Origin: Candidatus Nanoarchaeia archaeon
GTDB taxonomy: Archaea; Nanobdellota; Nanobdellia; Woesearchaeales; WJIZ01
Assembly: GCA_028279765.1 (NCBI GenBank)
Contig: JANQND010000007.1
Span: forward strand, 5,851-69,850
Direction of reading: 5' to 3'
Length of the DNA stretch: 64,000 nucleotides
Shown: positions 15,500 through 27,000 of the stretch, piece by piece
Numbering within the stretch: the stretch's first letter is position 1
How the letters are laid out: each line of letters opens with the position of its first letter
Notes under the pieces: generated by a model
Database searches by the model: none
What the model was told of the DNA's origin: nothing
The model's input: the letters and a program-made list of their open reading frames with translations, nothing else
Made by a program: the position numbers and the translations under genes

Positions 15500-16477
15500 A
15501 TGCCAAAGACCATAGCAATAACTACGCTCTGTTGTTTTCTCTTGCTCGCATCTTCCTGCCAGCAGCCTCAGCAAGCCCAGGATCAAATACTAAAGGAGAC
15601 TGAACAGCCTGTCGATATTTTTTTCTGCCCTCATCAAAATTGTGAAGCAGCGCTTGTTGAGCAGATAGAGGAAGCAAGGTCACAAATCCACTGCGCTTTC
15701 TTTGATATTGATTTGGAGATACTCATCAGAGCTCTGGAGAGAAAATCAAAAGAAATAGAAACAAAGATGATCATTGACGCAAATAACAATCACAACCAGC
15801 TCAAAAATCTCAACTACAAAGAAGACGACAACAGCCAATTAATGCATAACAAGTTCTGCATTATTGATAATAAGATAGTTGCCACCGGAAGCTTTAATCC
15901 GACAGAGAATGGGAACACAAAAAATAATAATAACCTTCTCATCATTCATTCCAAACAATTGGCAAGAAATTTCGGGGATGAATTTCAGGAGCTATGGAAT
16001 GAGCGGTTCGGAGAAGGAGACAAAACAAAAATACCTACTATAATCCACAATGGAAAAGCCGTTGAAAATTATTTCTGCCCGGAAGATCAGTGCAGTGAGC
16101 AGCTCATTGCAGCTATCCTCAACGCAAAACAATCCATCTACTTCATGACTTTCAGCTTCACTGATCAGAGGGTAGCAGATGCCATTCTCATGAGTAAAGC
16201 CCCGGATATACGAGGAGTTTTTGAAAAATTTCAGGCAGGCGGCAGATACTCACAGTATCAGCGATTGAAAGACTTCGGGTTAAGCATCTCCCTTGACAAC
16301 AATTCCAGAATGATGCACCACAAAGTATTCATCATCGACAATCAAACAGTAATCACCGGATCATACAATCCCACATCAGCAGGAACAAGAAAAAACGACG
16401 AGAACATGCTGATTATACATAATAAAAGGATCGCGAAAGAATTTTTGAATGAGTTTGAGAGAGTAAGCAGCCGGTAA
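15500..16477 (+). CDS. Secreted/lipid-anchored phospholipase D-family protein (two HKD motifs)
   Basis: HNKFCIIDNKIVATGSFNPT and HHKVFIIDNQTVITGSYNPT motifs. N-terminal signal with LLLASSC lipobox-like cysteine. Confidence 0.85.
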   Translation: MPKTIAITTLCCFLLLASSCQQPQQAQDQILKETEQPVDIFFCPHQNCEAALVEQIEEARSQIHCAFFDIDLEILIRALERKSKEIETKMIIDANNNHNQLKNLNYKEDDNSQLMHNKFCIIDNKIVATGSFNPTENGNTKNNNNLLIIHSKQLARNFGDEFQELWNERFGEGDKTKIPTIIHNGKAVENYFCPEDQCSEQLIAAILNAKQSIYFMTFSFTDQRVADAILMSKAPDIRGVFEKFQAGGRYSQYQRLKDFGLSISLDNNSRMMHHKVFIIDNQTVITGSYNPTSAGTRKNDENMLIIHNKRIAKEFLNEFERVSSR

Positions 16478-16526
16478 AAGGAGTGTTAGCGCAATCTATA
16501 AATACTCAAAAAAGAAAAAGCAATAG

Positions 16527-17705
16527 ATGCGCCAAGGAAAAAAGAGGAAATCCCAGGCAGCGATGGAGTTTATTCTCTCGTATGGATGGGCGATGTTGAT
16601 TGTGGTAACGACCATCTCTACCTTAGCATTCTTCAAAGTAGATCTGGTCAAGACACCAACACGAGCGCAAATCGTGCAGCCCCTGCTCCATGTCCCGGAT
16701 CACAAAGTTGTAGGATCAAATTCAGAATTTGAGGAAACACACAATTCATACTACATTGTTGTACGAAATAGTGAGCCTGCCGATGTTACCCTTTTGAGCG
16801 TGTCCATCCTAAAAGAAGGTGAACGATGCGGATACTTCGCTGCTGCAGAAACGATCACGCTGCAGCAGGATGAGTTAAGTGAACAATTATTAGGATACAT
16901 CACCGATCCGACCTGCCAGGGGAAAATAGGAGAAGGCTACCGCCTTGACCTGCAGGTCAAGTATCTCAACAGAAAAACAGGGTTGACTCATGTTGCAAAC
17001 GGGTTTATTCAGGGCGAGTATGTGGACACAACGGACAGATGGGAGATAGAACCCTGGACGATTGGTGCCCTAAAGGGGCCTAATGACATGGATCTGGAGA
17101 ACAAAAACGATAACGAACTTGCCTTTTGCACGACCCCGGCGCCTCCTTCAAATGTAGGAAGCTTCTCTGAGTTCGATGAGACTGCACTCATAACCTGGAA
17201 AGGAGAGCCAAGCGGGTGTAGTAATGAAAAAAGCGGAGGAAAAAGAATCTTTCATCAAAACGGTTTCGCAGACACCTGTGGCCATACTGCAGGAAATCTT
17301 GCCCAGGGCTGGCTGCACACCCGTATTTACCTTGATGAAATTTTCAAAGGCCACTCAGTCCTGATCTCAGGGCTCGCAGGATACTACGACCTGCAGGGAA
17401 ACTATAGAACAGACGGCATCTGCCTGGATGATAACCTGTATTTCTATATCGGAAATAAAATGCTGCATCACGGCGGAACATCAGGGCACATGGTCACCAA
17501 AGACAATCGCCTGGAGCCGGGAGAAGAAATACTAAAGAATTGCGATGTTTGTAGTGGCATAAAAGCATCCAGCTGGTGTGTTCCCCCTTTTAATCTAACA
17601 GCAACCAATGATTTCAAATGGGGAGAAGACAATGACATCTATATTCTCGTCGAGGATTTTTGTAAAGGAGGAGGCATGTCCCCCTTGAAGGTAAGCATTA
17701 TCTAA
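16527..17705 (+). CDS. Prepilin-like protein with a large C-terminal domain
   Basis: Class III signal peptide KRKSQAAMEFILSYGWAMLIVV, nearly identical in pattern to the pilin at 33537. Confidence 0.65.
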   Translation: MRQGKKRKSQAAMEFILSYGWAMLIVVTTISTLAFFKVDLVKTPTRAQIVQPLLHVPDHKVVGSNSEFEETHNSYYIVVRNSEPADVTLLSVSILKEGERCGYFAAAETITLQQDELSEQLLGYITDPTCQGKIGEGYRLDLQVKYLNRKTGLTHVANGFIQGEYVDTTDRWEIEPWTIGALKGPNDMDLENKNDNELAFCTTPAPPSNVGSFSEFDETALITWKGEPSGCSNEKSGGKRIFHQNGFADTCGHTAGNLAQGWLHTRIYLDEIFKGHSVLISGLAGYYDLQGNYRTDGICLDDNLYFYIGNKMLHHGGTSGHMVTKDNRLEPGEEILKNCDVCSGIKASSWCVPPFNLTATNDFKWGEDNDIYILVEDFCKGGGMSPLKVSII

Positions 17706-17885
17706 GACTCACGCTCACAATCAAAAAATATATAAATTATATAGAACAACCTAGAAAAAATTCAAATGAACTTTGCTGACGAAGAACCCTTGGATGAAGA
17801 TTCACTAGAGGAAGAATTCGAAGACTCTTTTGAAGAAGAAGAGATTGATGACGAAGTGTATTGAAACCGTCATCTATTTAAACAC

Positions 17886-18788
17886 ATGCAAAACGAATTC
17901 TTCATGGTTGACGTAGTTATTCTTGGAACAATTGGTATAGACACCCTCAAGACCCCGTTTGGTACAGCAGAAGATGTAATCGGCGGAAGCGCGGTATACT
18001 CTTCCTACGCAGCATCGTTTTTCTCAAAGCCGGGGATGATTTCTATCAAAGGAACAGACCTCAAAGAGGAAGAGCTCTCTTTTCTCAAAGAGCGCGGTGT
18101 ATCCTTAGAGGGCATCAAGACCGAAGGCAGTACATTCAAATGGTCAGGAGAATATGAGTTTGACATGAATGAAGCAAAGACGCTCAAAACAGAACTCAAT
18201 TCCCTTGCCACCTTCAGGCCGCAGATCCCACAATCATATAAAGAAGCAAAATACTTGTTCTTAGGCAACATGGATCCCCAGCTGCAGATAGAAGTCATTG
18301 AATCTGTAAAAAATCCTGAACTTATTATCATGGATACTATGAATTTTTGGATTGAGAGCCAAAAAGAAAAAGTCATAGAAGCAATAAAGAAAGTTGATAT
18401 CCTCGTCTTAAATGATGGTGAGGCACGGCAGCTTTTCGAAACGCCAAACCTCATTAAAGCAGCAAAAGATGCCCTGCAGTTAGGACTCAAAGCAGTTATC
18501 ATCAAAAAAGGGGAGCATGGGTCCCTTCTTTTCACGAAAGAAGGCCATTTCAACTGTCCGGGGTATCCCCTGGAAAACCTCGTTGACCCGACAGGTTGCG
18601 GGGACTGCTTTGGCGGATCGTTTATAGGGTATTATGCCAAGACAAAAGATATGCGAAAAGCCATGGTATACGGTTCAGTAATTGCATCCTACAACGCAGA
18701 AGGGTTCGGCCTGGAAAACCTCAGGAAGATAACCGAGCAGGACGTTGAAGGCCGATACCGGGAAATGGTTGCCTTAAGAGAATTTTAA
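17886..18788 (+). CDS. PfkB-family sugar/nucleoside kinase
   Basis: VVILGTIGIDT N-terminus and DPTGCGDCFGGSF motif. An alternative start lies at Met7. Confidence 0.8.
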   Translation: MQNEFFMVDVVILGTIGIDTLKTPFGTAEDVIGGSAVYSSYAASFFSKPGMISIKGTDLKEEELSFLKERGVSLEGIKTEGSTFKWSGEYEFDMNEAKTLKTELNSLATFRPQIPQSYKEAKYLFLGNMDPQLQIEVIESVKNPELIIMDTMNFWIESQKEKVIEAIKKVDILVLNDGEARQLFETPNLIKAAKDALQLGLKAVIIKKGEHGSLLFTKEGHFNCPGYPLENLVDPTGCGDCFGGSFIGYYAKTKDMRKAMVYGSVIASYNAEGFGLENLRKITEQDVEGRYREMVALREF

Positions 18789-18859
18789 TTTTTTTAGTTT
18801 CTAATCACTCTTACGTCTTATCCGATACTTTTTTATAAACAAAGTAGTAAAACAAGCCT

Positions 18860-19909
18860 ATGACAAAAGAGCGTAATTATTTCGCCTCATTCTCGCTGGC
18901 AATGATCATTGTTATTGCTGCTGCTTTCGCTACAGTCTTCTATGCAGAAACAACAGGCAATGCAGGGTATCAGAACCAGGCAGAGCCACCAGTGCAATCC
19001 CAGAAAGACACACAGGCAGGTTCAATCCCAACAGTCAACTATTACCTACCCAAAGAAAAAACAATCAGGATTTCCGAGGAAGAATACGTCCGGTTTAGCC
19101 AGCAGGATTCTGTGCCTGTTTCCGGTTCAGCACGATATCAGTGGAAAGTAAACGGCATCGTCCAGTCACAGCAGAAGGACTTTGTTTTCATGGGGAAAAC
19201 CTATGATAAGGGAAACCATAAAGTGAGTGTAGAAGTACTCGACAACAACCAAAGAGCTATCGCAGAGTGGATAGTGGCAGTCAATGAAGTAGTAAGGGCA
19301 AGGCAACAGAGCAATCCGGAAAGTAGAGTCATCACCCCCGGCTGCAGCGCAACCTGTGGTAATGACCAGATTGAATGCAATGAAGAGTGTGACGGCAACA
19401 GAAATTTTGCGTGCGGAGGGTCCCGCTGCCTCAGCGATTGTACCTGCCAGCAGGCGCAATCCGTCGCTTGTAGTGAAAACTGGGTATGCACACCCTTTTC
19501 CGAGTGTGATGACGGGTTCAAAAGAAGGTCCTGCAGCGATCAGAACTCCTGTGGCAGCACCCAGAACAAGCCTAATACCCAAATAGCATGTCAAAATGCG
19601 CAGCAGCAGTCAGAGGAGAGAGCATCTCCTTCAGGATCAAGAGCACTAACCTGGATTATCTTAGGGCTTATCCTTGTACCTTTTGCAGCAATAACTATCA
19701 CTAAGTTCGCCAAGATGAGAACGATCACAGGGCAGGAAGAAGTAAGCCAGGATACCGTTTCTACTCAGAGTAAATTATCAGAAATGGTGCAATGGTACAA
19801 AAACCATGGAATGGATTCAGCTGCAACCTACAGTATGCTCCAGCGAATGGGGTTTTCAAAGCAGGAAGCATATCAGGCAACGCAGCAGGCCTTCAGTCAG
19901 AAAAAATGA
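18860..19909 (+). CDS. Membrane protein with extracellular Cys-rich modules
   Basis: N-terminal TM helix and a second TM helix near residue 260. Contains CSATCGNDQIECNEECDG and ENWVCTPFSECDDGFKRRSCSDQNSCGS modules. Confidence 0.6.
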   Translation: MTKERNYFASFSLAMIIVIAAAFATVFYAETTGNAGYQNQAEPPVQSQKDTQAGSIPTVNYYLPKEKTIRISEEEYVRFSQQDSVPVSGSARYQWKVNGIVQSQQKDFVFMGKTYDKGNHKVSVEVLDNNQRAIAEWIVAVNEVVRARQQSNPESRVITPGCSATCGNDQIECNEECDGNRNFACGGSRCLSDCTCQQAQSVACSENWVCTPFSECDDGFKRRSCSDQNSCGSTQNKPNTQIACQNAQQQSEERASPSGSRALTWIILGLILVPFAAITITKFAKMRTITGQEEVSQDTVSTQSKLSEMVQWYKNHGMDSAATYSMLQRMGFSKQEAYQATQQAFSQKK

Positions 19910-20526
19910 GTACTTTTCTTCAGAAGATTCCCTCTCAAGTGCAGATTCTTGCAGCTACGAAAACGAGAAGTGCTGAGGAAGTCAGGCAGATTCAACGGCA
20001 GGGAATTTCAATTATCGGCGAGAATTATGTACAGGAGGCAGAAAAGAGAAGAGAGGAGTTTCCCAGTGTAGAAATGCATTGTATAGGCCATTTGCAGTCA
20101 AACAAAGTAAAAAAAGCAGTGCAACTCTTTGACATGATCCAGACCATTGATTCTGAGAAGATAGCGAGAGCGGTAAGCAAAGAATGCCAAAAAATAGAAA
20201 GAAAAATGCCGGTTCTCATGGAAGTAAATATAGCAGATGAGCCTTCAAAAACTGGTTGCCGCCCTGATGAGTCAAGCCAGCTGGCAGAGAAAATCGCTAC
20301 GCTGCCTTTTATAGAGCTCAGAGGAATTATGGTAATGGCACCAAAAAAAAATCCCCGGGCATACTTCAAAAAAGCAAGAAAGCTCTTCGAGAAAATAAAA
20401 GCAAATCAACCCACAAAGAAGATCAATACACTCTCCATGGGAATGTCTGACTCCTACGAGATTGCCATAGAAGAAGGGTCGACAATGGTCAGGCTTGGCA
20501 CGATTTTATTTGGTAAAAGAGAATAA
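19906..20526 (+). CDS. YggS-family PLP-binding protein
   Basis: ORF 19792.. trimmed to MSTFLQKIP, whose ATG overlaps the upstream stop (ATGA). LAATKTRSAEEV, IGHLQSNK and SMGMSDSYEIAIEEGSTMVRLGT motifs. Confidence 0.85.
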   Translation: MSTFLQKIPSQVQILAATKTRSAEEVRQIQRQGISIIGENYVQEAEKRREEFPSVEMHCIGHLQSNKVKKAVQLFDMIQTIDSEKIARAVSKECQKIERKMPVLMEVNIADEPSKTGCRPDESSQLAEKIATLPFIELRGIMVMAPKKNPRAYFKKARKLFEKIKANQPTKKINTLSMGMSDSYEIAIEEGSTMVRLGTILFGKRE

Positions 20527-20632
20527 GTAAGGAAAAGGAAGGAAAGAAAACCGGGACACCCTGAGAAACAGTGTTGTTGGGGGTATCAAGATATCCCGGC
20601 TCCCGCTCCGCGCGAGTATGATGTGTTCTTCG

Positions 20633-21055
20633 CTATAATTCTTCTTTAATAGTTGCTGTTGCAACCATGGTATGGGTGGTCTCTACCTCCTCTTCTGCAC
20701 GGAATTTGATAATAAAATCATTAAAGTCAACAACATCAGAAAATTTCATCTTGATCAGAAGGTCATATTCACCGGTAATGCCGAAAATTTCCCTTATGCG
20801 CTTATCACTGAGGATTTTTTTAGAAAGAACCACAGATGGCTTGGTCTTAACAAACATAAATACGATGAAGCCCTGGCCTGCTTTAGCATTATCCAGTTTG
20901 ACCGTAAATTTCTCAATCACCCCGTCCTGTTTTAATTTAGTAATGCGCTGATGAACAGTAGAGGGACGGATTTTCGTTTTCTTTGCAATAGAGCGCACAG
21001 AAGACCGGCTATCTTCAAGAAGCTGAGTAAGAATAATTTGGTCTTTTTTATCCAC
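20633..21055 (-). CDS. Lrp/AsnC-family transcriptional regulator
   Basis: N-terminal HTH (DKKDQIILTQLLEDSRSSVRSIAKKTKIRPSTVHQRITKL) followed by a RAM-like C-terminal domain. Confidence 0.9.
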   Translation of the reverse strand: MDKKDQIILTQLLEDSRSSVRSIAKKTKIRPSTVHQRITKLKQDGVIEKFTVKLDNAKAGQGFIVFMFVKTKPSVVLSKKILSDKRIREIFGITGEYDLLIKMKFSDVVDFNDFIIKFRAEEEVETTHTMVATATIKEEL

Positions 21056-21095
21056 GAGTTATAATTTATCCAATTTATTTATATATTTTACTAAA

Positions 21096-21128
21096 TTTGT
21101 CCATAAAATTATCAAATATATGGACAAA
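21096..21128. promoter_or_regulatory. 10-bp inverted repeat in the Lrp/ahcY divergent promoter region (candidate operator)
   Basis: TTTGTCCATA-N13-TATGGACAAA, a perfect palindrome between the divergent genes. Confidence 0.4.
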
Positions 21129-21210
21129 ATATAGAGAAAAAGGAGAAATATATATTAACTTGTTCACGATACACCAGAAGTTTTAAACAGGATTTGAGGA
21201 GGATGGAAAA

Positions 21211-22623
21211 ATGGATGAGACAGAAAACTACAAAGTAAAAGACCTATCGCTGGCTGATTTTGGAAGAGCAGAAATCGAAATCGCAGAAAAAGAAATGCCG
21301 GGATTAATGGCAACCAGAAAAAAATATGAGGGAAAGAAGCCACTAAAGGGCGCCAGAATAATGGGAAGTCTTCACATGACTATTCAAACTGCTGTGCTTA
21401 TAGAAACCTTAGTAGAATTAGGAGCAGAAGTAAGATGGGCATCCTGCAATATTTTTTCAACGCAGGATCATGCTGCGGCTGCAATCGCAAAAGCAGGAGT
21501 TCCGGTGTTTGCCTGGAAAGGGGAAACGCTCAAGGAATACTGGTGGTGTACTGAAAAAGCACTTGACTTCGGAGACGGACAGGGGCCTAACCTCATCGTA
21601 GATGATGGTGGGGATGCTACGATGATGATCCATAAAGGAGTGGATATCGAAAAAGACCCTTCCATTCTTGATGAAGACTATAGTAGTGAAGGAGAGGATT
21701 TTCAGGAATTAATGGCAAAATTAAAAGAGATTCATGAAAAAGAAAAAAACAGGTGGACACCAGTTGCAAAGGGAATAAAAGGAGTGTCAGAAGAAACAAC
21801 CACCGGTGTCCATAGGCTCTATCAGATGCTCGAGCAAAAGGAATTACTCTTCCCTGCCATCAACGTGAATGATTCAGTAACCAAGTCCAAATTTGATAAT
21901 CTCTACGGATGCAGGGAATCATTAGCTGACGGCATCAAAAGAGCAACTGATGTGATGGTTGCGGGGAAAGTCGTGGTCGTGTGTGGCTATGGCGATGTAG
22001 GGAAAGGATGTGCGCAGAGCATGAAGGGATTTGGCGCACGAGTCATTGTTACTGAAATTGACCCTATTTGCGCCTTGCAGGCAGTGATGGAAGGCTATGA
22101 AGTCAAGACCATAGAAGACACCCTAAAGGAAGCAGACATCTTTGTAACCACGACCGGTAATAAAGACATCATCAAAATTGAGCATATGGAAAAAATGAAA
22201 AGTACCGCAATTGTGTGCAACATTGGCCATTTTGACAATGAAATACAAATGGATAAACTGGAAGCATTCCCGGGCATCAAAAAGGTCAATGTTAAAGAGC
22301 AAGTTGACCAATATCATTTCCCTGACGGACATTATATCACTGTGCTTGCAGAAGGAAGGCTGGTCAATCTGGGCTGTGCAACAGGTCATCCAAGTTTTGT
22401 GATGAGTAACTCATTTACCAACCAGACCCTGGCGCAGATCGAGCTGTGGACAAAAGAATATGAAATCGGTGTCTACATGCTTCCAAAGGAGCTTGATGAA
22501 GAAGTAGCAAGGCTGCACCTTGGTCAACTGGGAGTGAGGCTTACCACATTGAGTAAGGATCAAGCAGATTATATTGGAGTTCCCGTTGAAGGGCCCTATA
22601 AGCCTGCACATTATCGATACTGA
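21211..22623 (+). CDS. ahcY: Adenosylhomocysteinase
   Basis: Full-length match in pattern to the SAHH family: [30 protein letters not shown] and HFDNEI motifs. Confidence 0.95.
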   Translation: MDETENYKVKDLSLADFGRAEIEIAEKEMPGLMATRKKYEGKKPLKGARIMGSLHMTIQTAVLIETLVELGAEVRWASCNIFSTQDHAAAAIAKAGVPVFAWKGETLKEYWWCTEKALDFGDGQGPNLIVDDGGDATMMIHKGVDIEKDPSILDEDYSSEGEDFQELMAKLKEIHEKEKNRWTPVAKGIKGVSEETTTGVHRLYQMLEQKELLFPAINVNDSVTKSKFDNLYGCRESLADGIKRATDVMVAGKVVVVCGYGDVGKGCAQSMKGFGARVIVTEIDPICALQAVMEGYEVKTIEDTLKEADIFVTTTGNKDIIKIEHMEKMKSTAIVCNIGHFDNEIQMDKLEAFPGIKKVNVKEQVDQYHFPDGHYITVLAEGRLVNLGCATGHPSFVMSNSFTNQTLAQIELWTKEYEIGVYMLPKELDEEVARLHLGQLGVRLTTLSKDQADYIGVPVEGPYKPAHYRY

Positions 22624-22638
22624 TCGTTATTGCTGCGA

Positions 22639-22665
22639 TTTTTTCATTTCTTTTTTTTATTTTTT
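22639..22665 (+). terminator. Oligo-T terminator after ahcY
   Basis: Three T-runs (T6, T8, T6) immediately downstream of the stop codon. Confidence 0.4.
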
Positions 22666-22711
22666 CTATATGTCCCATCGGGTTATCATCTTTCTTTACC
22701 CAATATTAAAC

Positions 22712-22723
22712 AACCTTTAAATA
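22712..22723 (+). promoter_or_regulatory. BRE/TATA-like box (AACCTTTAAATA) for the first pilin operon
   Basis: Located 26 nt upstream of the ATG at 22748. Confidence 0.45.
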
Positions 22724-22747
22724 CCTCAATTATCCTACATAAGTACA

Positions 22748-23155
22748 ATGAAAAAAAGAGGACAGGTGAGCATAGAGTTCGTTATAACCGTGGGTTTTGC
22801 TATGCTCATGATTATTCCGCTCACGCTGCTTCTCTATGAGCATACCACAACAACCTATGAAGATGTCAATAATAACCAGGCAGGGTTGATCGCAAGAAAA
22901 ATAACCGACACGGCAAACGCAGTCTATTTTCTGGGGCAACCGTCAACCATCACTATAAAAGTCTTTATGCCTGATGACATCTCCTCAATTAATATTACCG
23001 GGAGAGAGCTCGTTATGGTTTCTGAGACAAGCTCAGAGATAGTAAGTATCGCCGATATCAACCTTACCGGGAGCCTTTCAGCAAGTTCAGGTCTGCGGTT
23101 CATTAAAATATCTGCATTAGAGAACCAAGTAAACATTTCAGATGATGTGTCATAA
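22748..23155 (+). CDS. Prepilin-like protein (EppA/DUF361-type signal)
   Basis: MKKRGQVSIEFVITVGFAMLMII matches the K/R-G-Q-x-S-x-E-F archaeal pilin signal. Confidence 0.7.
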   Translation: MKKRGQVSIEFVITVGFAMLMIIPLTLLLYEHTTTTYEDVNNNQAGLIARKITDTANAVYFLGQPSTITIKVFMPDDISSINITGRELVMVSETSSEIVSIADINLTGSLSASSGLRFIKISALENQVNISDDVS

Positions 23156-23540
23156 AAAATCACAGATAACCATGGAGTTTTTGGTATTGATGAGTTTTCT
23201 CTTTCTTATTTCTATCGGCTTTATCCTGATAGGAGGTGTTAAGCTAAAAGAATACACAGACAATGAAAATAGTAAGCTGGTAAATGAATTTGGCCTAAGC
23301 CTTCAGAATGAAATCGAGATCGCATCCGTAGTAAAGGACGGATATCAGAGAGAAATAACTCTTCCAGAAGAAATAGACGGAATGATCAATTATTCTGTCA
23401 GCATGCAGTCTGCAACACTCTCTATAATTACCGACGATTATCGTTTTACTGCAATCATTCCTCAAACAATAGGCAGCCTGCAAAAAGGAAAAAATACCAT
23501 CACAAAAAACAATGATATTGTCACGATAACAAATGGGTAA
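23142..23540 (+). CDS. Prepilin-like protein
   Basis: KKSQITMEFLVLMSFLFLISIGF class III signal. Overlaps the upstream gene by 14 nt. Confidence 0.65.
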   Translation: MMCHKKSQITMEFLVLMSFLFLISIGFILIGGVKLKEYTDNENSKLVNEFGLSLQNEIEIASVVKDGYQREITLPEEIDGMINYSVSMQSATLSIITDDYRFTAIIPQTIGSLQKGKNTITKNNDIVTITNG

Positions 23541-23542
23541 GA

Positions 23543-24049
23543 ATGAGTAGGCAATCACAAATCTGGACATTGGATCTTATCGCCGGAGTAAGCATCTTCA
23601 TGATAGTGGTAGTAGTTTTTCTGTTCTTTAGCACAAACATCGTAAACTTCGAGCAGGCTGATTTCGAAGAGATTTATCAGGAAGCAGCCATCCTCTCTGA
23701 TACACTCATTTCAGCCGGGACCTCAGCGCAGGAAAACATAAGCACAGGGAACGAAATAAGCATCACAAATGGGAATCACCGGATCAACTACTCAAAGCTG
23801 GAAAACGTCAGCAACCTGGGCTATTCTGCGCTCAAGCTCCGCCTGAAAACAAAGTATGATTACCTGATCTTCTTTGAAAATGAGAGCAGGCAGGTCATAA
23901 GCATAGAAAATGTGACCTACATTGGAAAATCAGGCCTGACAAAAGAAAACTTCAAATCAGTAGAGCAGCCGCAATCCATTATTTCATTAAGTAGGTTCCT
24001 AACCTATGATTCACGTATTGTTACGATGAATATTTACCTATGGGAATAA
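23543..24049 (+). CDS. Prepilin-like protein
   Basis: RQSQIWTLDLIAGVSIFMIVVVVF N-terminal hydrophobic segment following a basic residue. Operon position. Confidence 0.55.
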   Translation: MSRQSQIWTLDLIAGVSIFMIVVVVFLFFSTNIVNFEQADFEEIYQEAAILSDTLISAGTSAQENISTGNEISITNGNHRINYSKLENVSNLGYSALKLRLKTKYDYLIFFENESRQVISIENVTYIGKSGLTKENFKSVEQPQSIISLSRFLTYDSRIVTMNIYLWE

Positions 24050-24074
24050 GAAGCAAGCAAAAGAAAACAAGCAG

Positions 24075-27000
24075 ATGAGAATGAAACAAATGACAAAGAA
24101 AGCATTCTTGTTTAGTGTTGATGCCATCATTGCAACGATTATCTTGGTTTCCACTATCCTTATCTTCTCAAATTTGCTCATTGAAGAAAAGCAGGTGACT
24201 CATCTCGAATTCCTCTCCAGCGACATGCTTAATATCATGTCAGAGTTAAAAATTCATGAAGTAAACAATAGTTACGTAAAAACCCTCATTAGTCAGGGGA
24301 ATATCTCGAATGTAAACAACTCGCTTATCGATCAGATAGGGGAACTCTGGGCCCTGAACAAAACGGGTCTTGCGCAGAATCTTGCAAAGAATCTTACCTC
24401 GGAACTCTTTCCCTCTCAGTATGGTTTTAGTATTGCAGCAAACAATGAAGAGCTCTACAAGAGAGGCTCAGGCAACAACCAAGTTATCGTTGCATCGAGA
24501 AAAATGATTTCTGGTTTTGAGCGAGACAAGCCCATCAAAGGGTCTACCTCAAGATCCTTTCTCAAGAGCATTCAGGAAAAGGAATTTTCATCCTATGCCT
24601 ATTTAGGAGGTTTTGTTGGCCAGGGAGACATTTCGGTGTTCATTCGCGATATTCCGTCAGGTGTCACACTAAAGGAAATGATGCTTGAGGTTGATGCGGT
24701 AAGCAACTTTAATCTTCTCATAAATAATGTGCAATGCAACGCGAATTTCACACCCTCAGTGCAGCAAATGCAGGCTGACCGCTGGAACATATCAGGATGC
24801 CTTGGACTACTTACCCCGGGATCAGACAATGAATTTACCATACAGTTCCCGGGAGATGTCTCGGGTGCATACATAGGAGGGGGATTTATCAAAGTAAGCT
24901 ACACCACGACTGAATTTTCACAGACAACAGCATCAAGTAAAGATACCGTCTGGCTACCGGGCATCAGCGGCATCATCAACCTGTATTCCTCAATGTACAT
25001 TCCCGGAACATTAAATAGTATGAGTGTCTACCTGCATTTCCTTACCCAGGATATCAACGGCTCAAACAATACCTTCTATTTGACCATTGGCAATTATACG
25101 CTTGTACAGCTTAATGCATCAGGTGATACTACGATTGTACTCACTGACCAAAATATCACTCCCTATCTTGATTATAGTAATATGAGCCTAAAAACCGTTC
25201 CTATTCGAATAGGGTTTGAGAATGCGACATTTGGTTTCATTTTTGAGGGGAACGCAGATGTTGCACTCATAACCGATCTCTCCGGAAGCATGAACTGGAG
25301 AATGGACAGCAGCAGTACAGGAACGCTCCGTGAATGCACTGATGCACAGTACAGTGATCCCTCAACAAGAAGGATTAGCATTGCTAAATGTCTTGATAAG
25401 CAGTTTGCAAGAGATATCCTAAACATAAGCGGTAATCAGATCGGGCTTATCTCATTTAATGGGGCAACTGTAGGAAGCCAGACGGTCTTGCCGACGACTA
25501 ATATCAATACGATTGATTCGACAGTGGGCGACTCGGTTCCCCTGACAGGCTACTCCGCCGGCGGCTCAACATGCATTTGCTGCGGTATTAATTCAGCAAA
25601 AGATATTCTTACGCAGGGTTCCACAACTAGTACCCTCATTGCATCAGGCTCGACTTGGCTCTACAATGACACCAGCCTCTCTGGTGAGCCGCTGCCTGAT
25701 AGCAGCAATAATACCTGGTACAGCCTAGGGTACAGTGATGATGCAGGCTGGCAAACAGGAACCGCTATACTCGGTGCAACAAACGGGCTATCCTATTCTC
25801 CTGCGGTAGTCACGGAGTTAAACGTAGACCTAAGCGGCTCAGGCCTTTTTGCAGATCTCTGGGAGCATGAGAGTGACACTGCGGGAGCGCCCAATGATTT
25901 CTCCTCAGGCATCCTTAACAGCACAGCAAATACGTATGGGTCAGCAGGAGCAGACGATGGGTGGGATTGGGATACTGAAGACGGCACCGGACCCTTTGGA
26001 TTTGATGATGACTATGATTATAACGGAATTGTGAGCCAGCGGTTGGAAATGGACAATGCACAAAATGACAACCGATGCAGCAGCGATGATTGCTCAGGTG
26101 CATACGGAATTTTAATCAATATAACAGATGAGCTATATCAAACAATCTCATCCCAGGGTTCTGCAACATTGAGTTTCTGGTATGAATGGGATGATCGGGA
26201 TGGGAACTGGTTTGAGTCCGCAGACCAGGTCTGGACAAAAGCAAGATGGACCAGTCCAAATTCCGGGGCCCATTACCTTGGCTCCAGCCTGGACTCAGGG
26301 CATAGCGGCTCTGACTCCGATCCGGAGGTCGCCACCTCTGACAACCCGGATGTAGACTACTCAGGCAACTTCCTGCAGGACATCACCTCATGGGTAGAAT
26401 CACCCGGATTATATTATTTGGAGATTGGAGGAAAGCTGCGAGCCAGTCAGAACCAGGAATACGGGCACTGGCGCTTTGATGACATCCAATTGGAAGTCTC
26501 GAACGCAACAGACCACTATTACTTCAGAAAAAACTTCACTATTACTGATCTGAGCGCTGTTCAGCGAGGGATAATGAACGTACTCACCGATGATCGGTCC
26601 CGCATTTATCTTAACGGACAGGAGATTCATAGTGATTCAAGCTCTGAACTTGCTGAATACTGGAATACCCGGGGGATAAATATCCAGGGAAACCTATTTC
26701 GGCAGGGGGAGAACGTTATTGCAGTGGAAATTTTCAATAGTGCCCAGGCAGCGAAGTTTGACCTGGAATTGATCGGGACCAACGAGTCCAGAGAAAAAGC
26801 CATGATGGTAATGACAGATGGAGTAGCAACCACCGATGCCGGATGTCCTCAAAGCGGTACCCCCAGTGAAGAGGCAATACAGGCAGCGTGTGAGGCAAGA
26901 GAGGATTATGGCATCACGGTGTATGCCGTTGGTTTTAGTGACGATGCTGATGAAGCCACGCTCAATTCCATTGCTCAGTGTGGAGAAGGTATTTACACGA

